Shown piece by piece: positions 62,775-64,000 of a DNA stretch of 64,000 bases; the stretch's first letter is position 1, and every line of letters starts with the position of its first letter. The notes beneath the pieces are model-generated. The model made no database searches, was not told where the DNA came from, and saw only the letters and a program-made list of their open reading frames with translations. Position numbers and translations under genes: made by a program. The stretch comes from Phoronis australis. Lineage: Eukaryota > Animalia > Phoronida. The DNA lies in assembly GCA_002633005.1 (NCBI GenBank), contig NMRA01000524.1, positions 2,953 through 66,952 of the forward strand, written 5' to 3'.

Positions 62775-62990
62775 AGGAGGCAGTGTGGCCTTGTGGGATG
62801 AATGTCCACGGTCGTGGATTTGAGTGCCACTGAAGCACACCGAGTCGAGACTCTAGCTCGGTTTTAATTGTATAAAGCATAAAAATGGTTCCAAGTGATC
62901 AGTACAATGGGCCCCCTTACGTGACTTGCCCATGTCTGCTAGTACAACGTCTACTAGACAGCCTGCAATTAGTCTTTAATGAGTTTCAGA
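62775..62990 (+). mobile_element. tRNA-derived SINE, second (more decayed) copy
   Basis: A box TGGCCTTGTGG (62786), degenerate B box, body aligning with 30200-30450. Confidence 0.65.
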
Positions 62991-64000
62991 ACATTACTTC
63001 TTTTGTTGCATATATGCTGCTTTTCTGTTTTACCAATACCTTGCTGTGCAGTCATGTTTATATTTTCTTACAATTGGAAAAAGAATTGCACCACTTCAGA
63101 GAGAATTTGCAACGATTTGAACGTGTCCACTGTGGACTGAAGGTGTCTCATTGAACGAATTTGATGGGATTTTGTTCTTAATTTTTTGTACTTAAAACCC
63201 ACAAATATTAGAATTAACTGTATGGTATCGAATTCTGAAAAATATGAATTCACTTGGAAACGCAAAGGATATTAGCCTGATTTTATGAATTCCAGCTGCA
63301 CATTAAGTTAGTGCGCATAATTCTGTGCAGGGAAAGTGCTGAAAAATAGAATTATGGTACAAATTCATTGACGACTGATGGAGAACTTTGTTTATAAAGA
63401 TAAATATCCATCATTTATCACTTTGGAAAAATTGTGTCAATTTTTCTGACGTTCTCAGAAATTTTCTTTTTTTTCCTTTTATGGCTTGTTTGTGTTTCCT
63501 GAAGACCCCGTGTTGTTATCAATGTCTCCGAGAAAGCTCAGTTCACCCGGCATGCTTCAGGTTCTTAACATCTCTTCACTCTCTCGTGTTTCTGTTCACA
63601 ATCTATGTTCTCTCGGACGTTTGATTGGAGGTCAGGCTGTCTCAATCAGGAGTTCAAGCACGGACATCGCTCTAGGTTTCACTCAGTGTCCCTAGAGAGA
63701 ATTGAAAAGAGATTTTATCTTGTACAGATGTCTCCTGTTATGTTTCTTTGAATCGAAGAATAATTAGCTTCGCTCTGTTTTTTTCTGGTATTGAACTCAC
63801 ATTCGTGAGACATACGTTAGGAATAGAGTTTGAAAACAGTTCGGTTTTGTCCTGAGTGGGCAAGTTATGGGCATTTTTTTTTTTTTTTTCTCGGCGATGT
63901 TTTTGTCAGTCTTTACATTTGTGATGCCCTTGATTCTACACTTGATTTAAGAAATAAATTAACCAGATGATGAAATGTTAAATGGAGAATTTTGTGTATT

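Overview
AT-rich, repeat-rich animal genomic DNA with spliceosomal introns, probably a marine invertebrate draft scaffold; single-N joins lie at 4810, 10892, 30199 and 60176. Three protein-coding loci are supported. (1) An intronless ORF for a single-FN3 type I membrane protein (649-1296, +). (2) A TMEM183-family gene on the minus strand (coding exons 14294-14389, 11911-12091, 9687-10293) that seems to lack the usual N-terminus. (3) The first five coding exons (195 aa) of liprin-alpha/PPFIA on the plus strand from 26429, running off the window end. TMEM183 and liprin-alpha are divergent neighbours, and their human homologues TMEM183A and PPFIA4 are also neighbours (recalled). The rest is intronic or intergenic: a decayed Jockey-like LINE, several MITEs with readable TIRs and TSDs, a tRNA-derived SINE family, minisatellites and a 679-bp duplication across a gap that is probably an assembly artefact. 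I found no CRISPR array, rRNA, tRNA or convincing ribozyme, and no clearly new biological system. All family calls come from manual reading and recalled motifs, not database searches.
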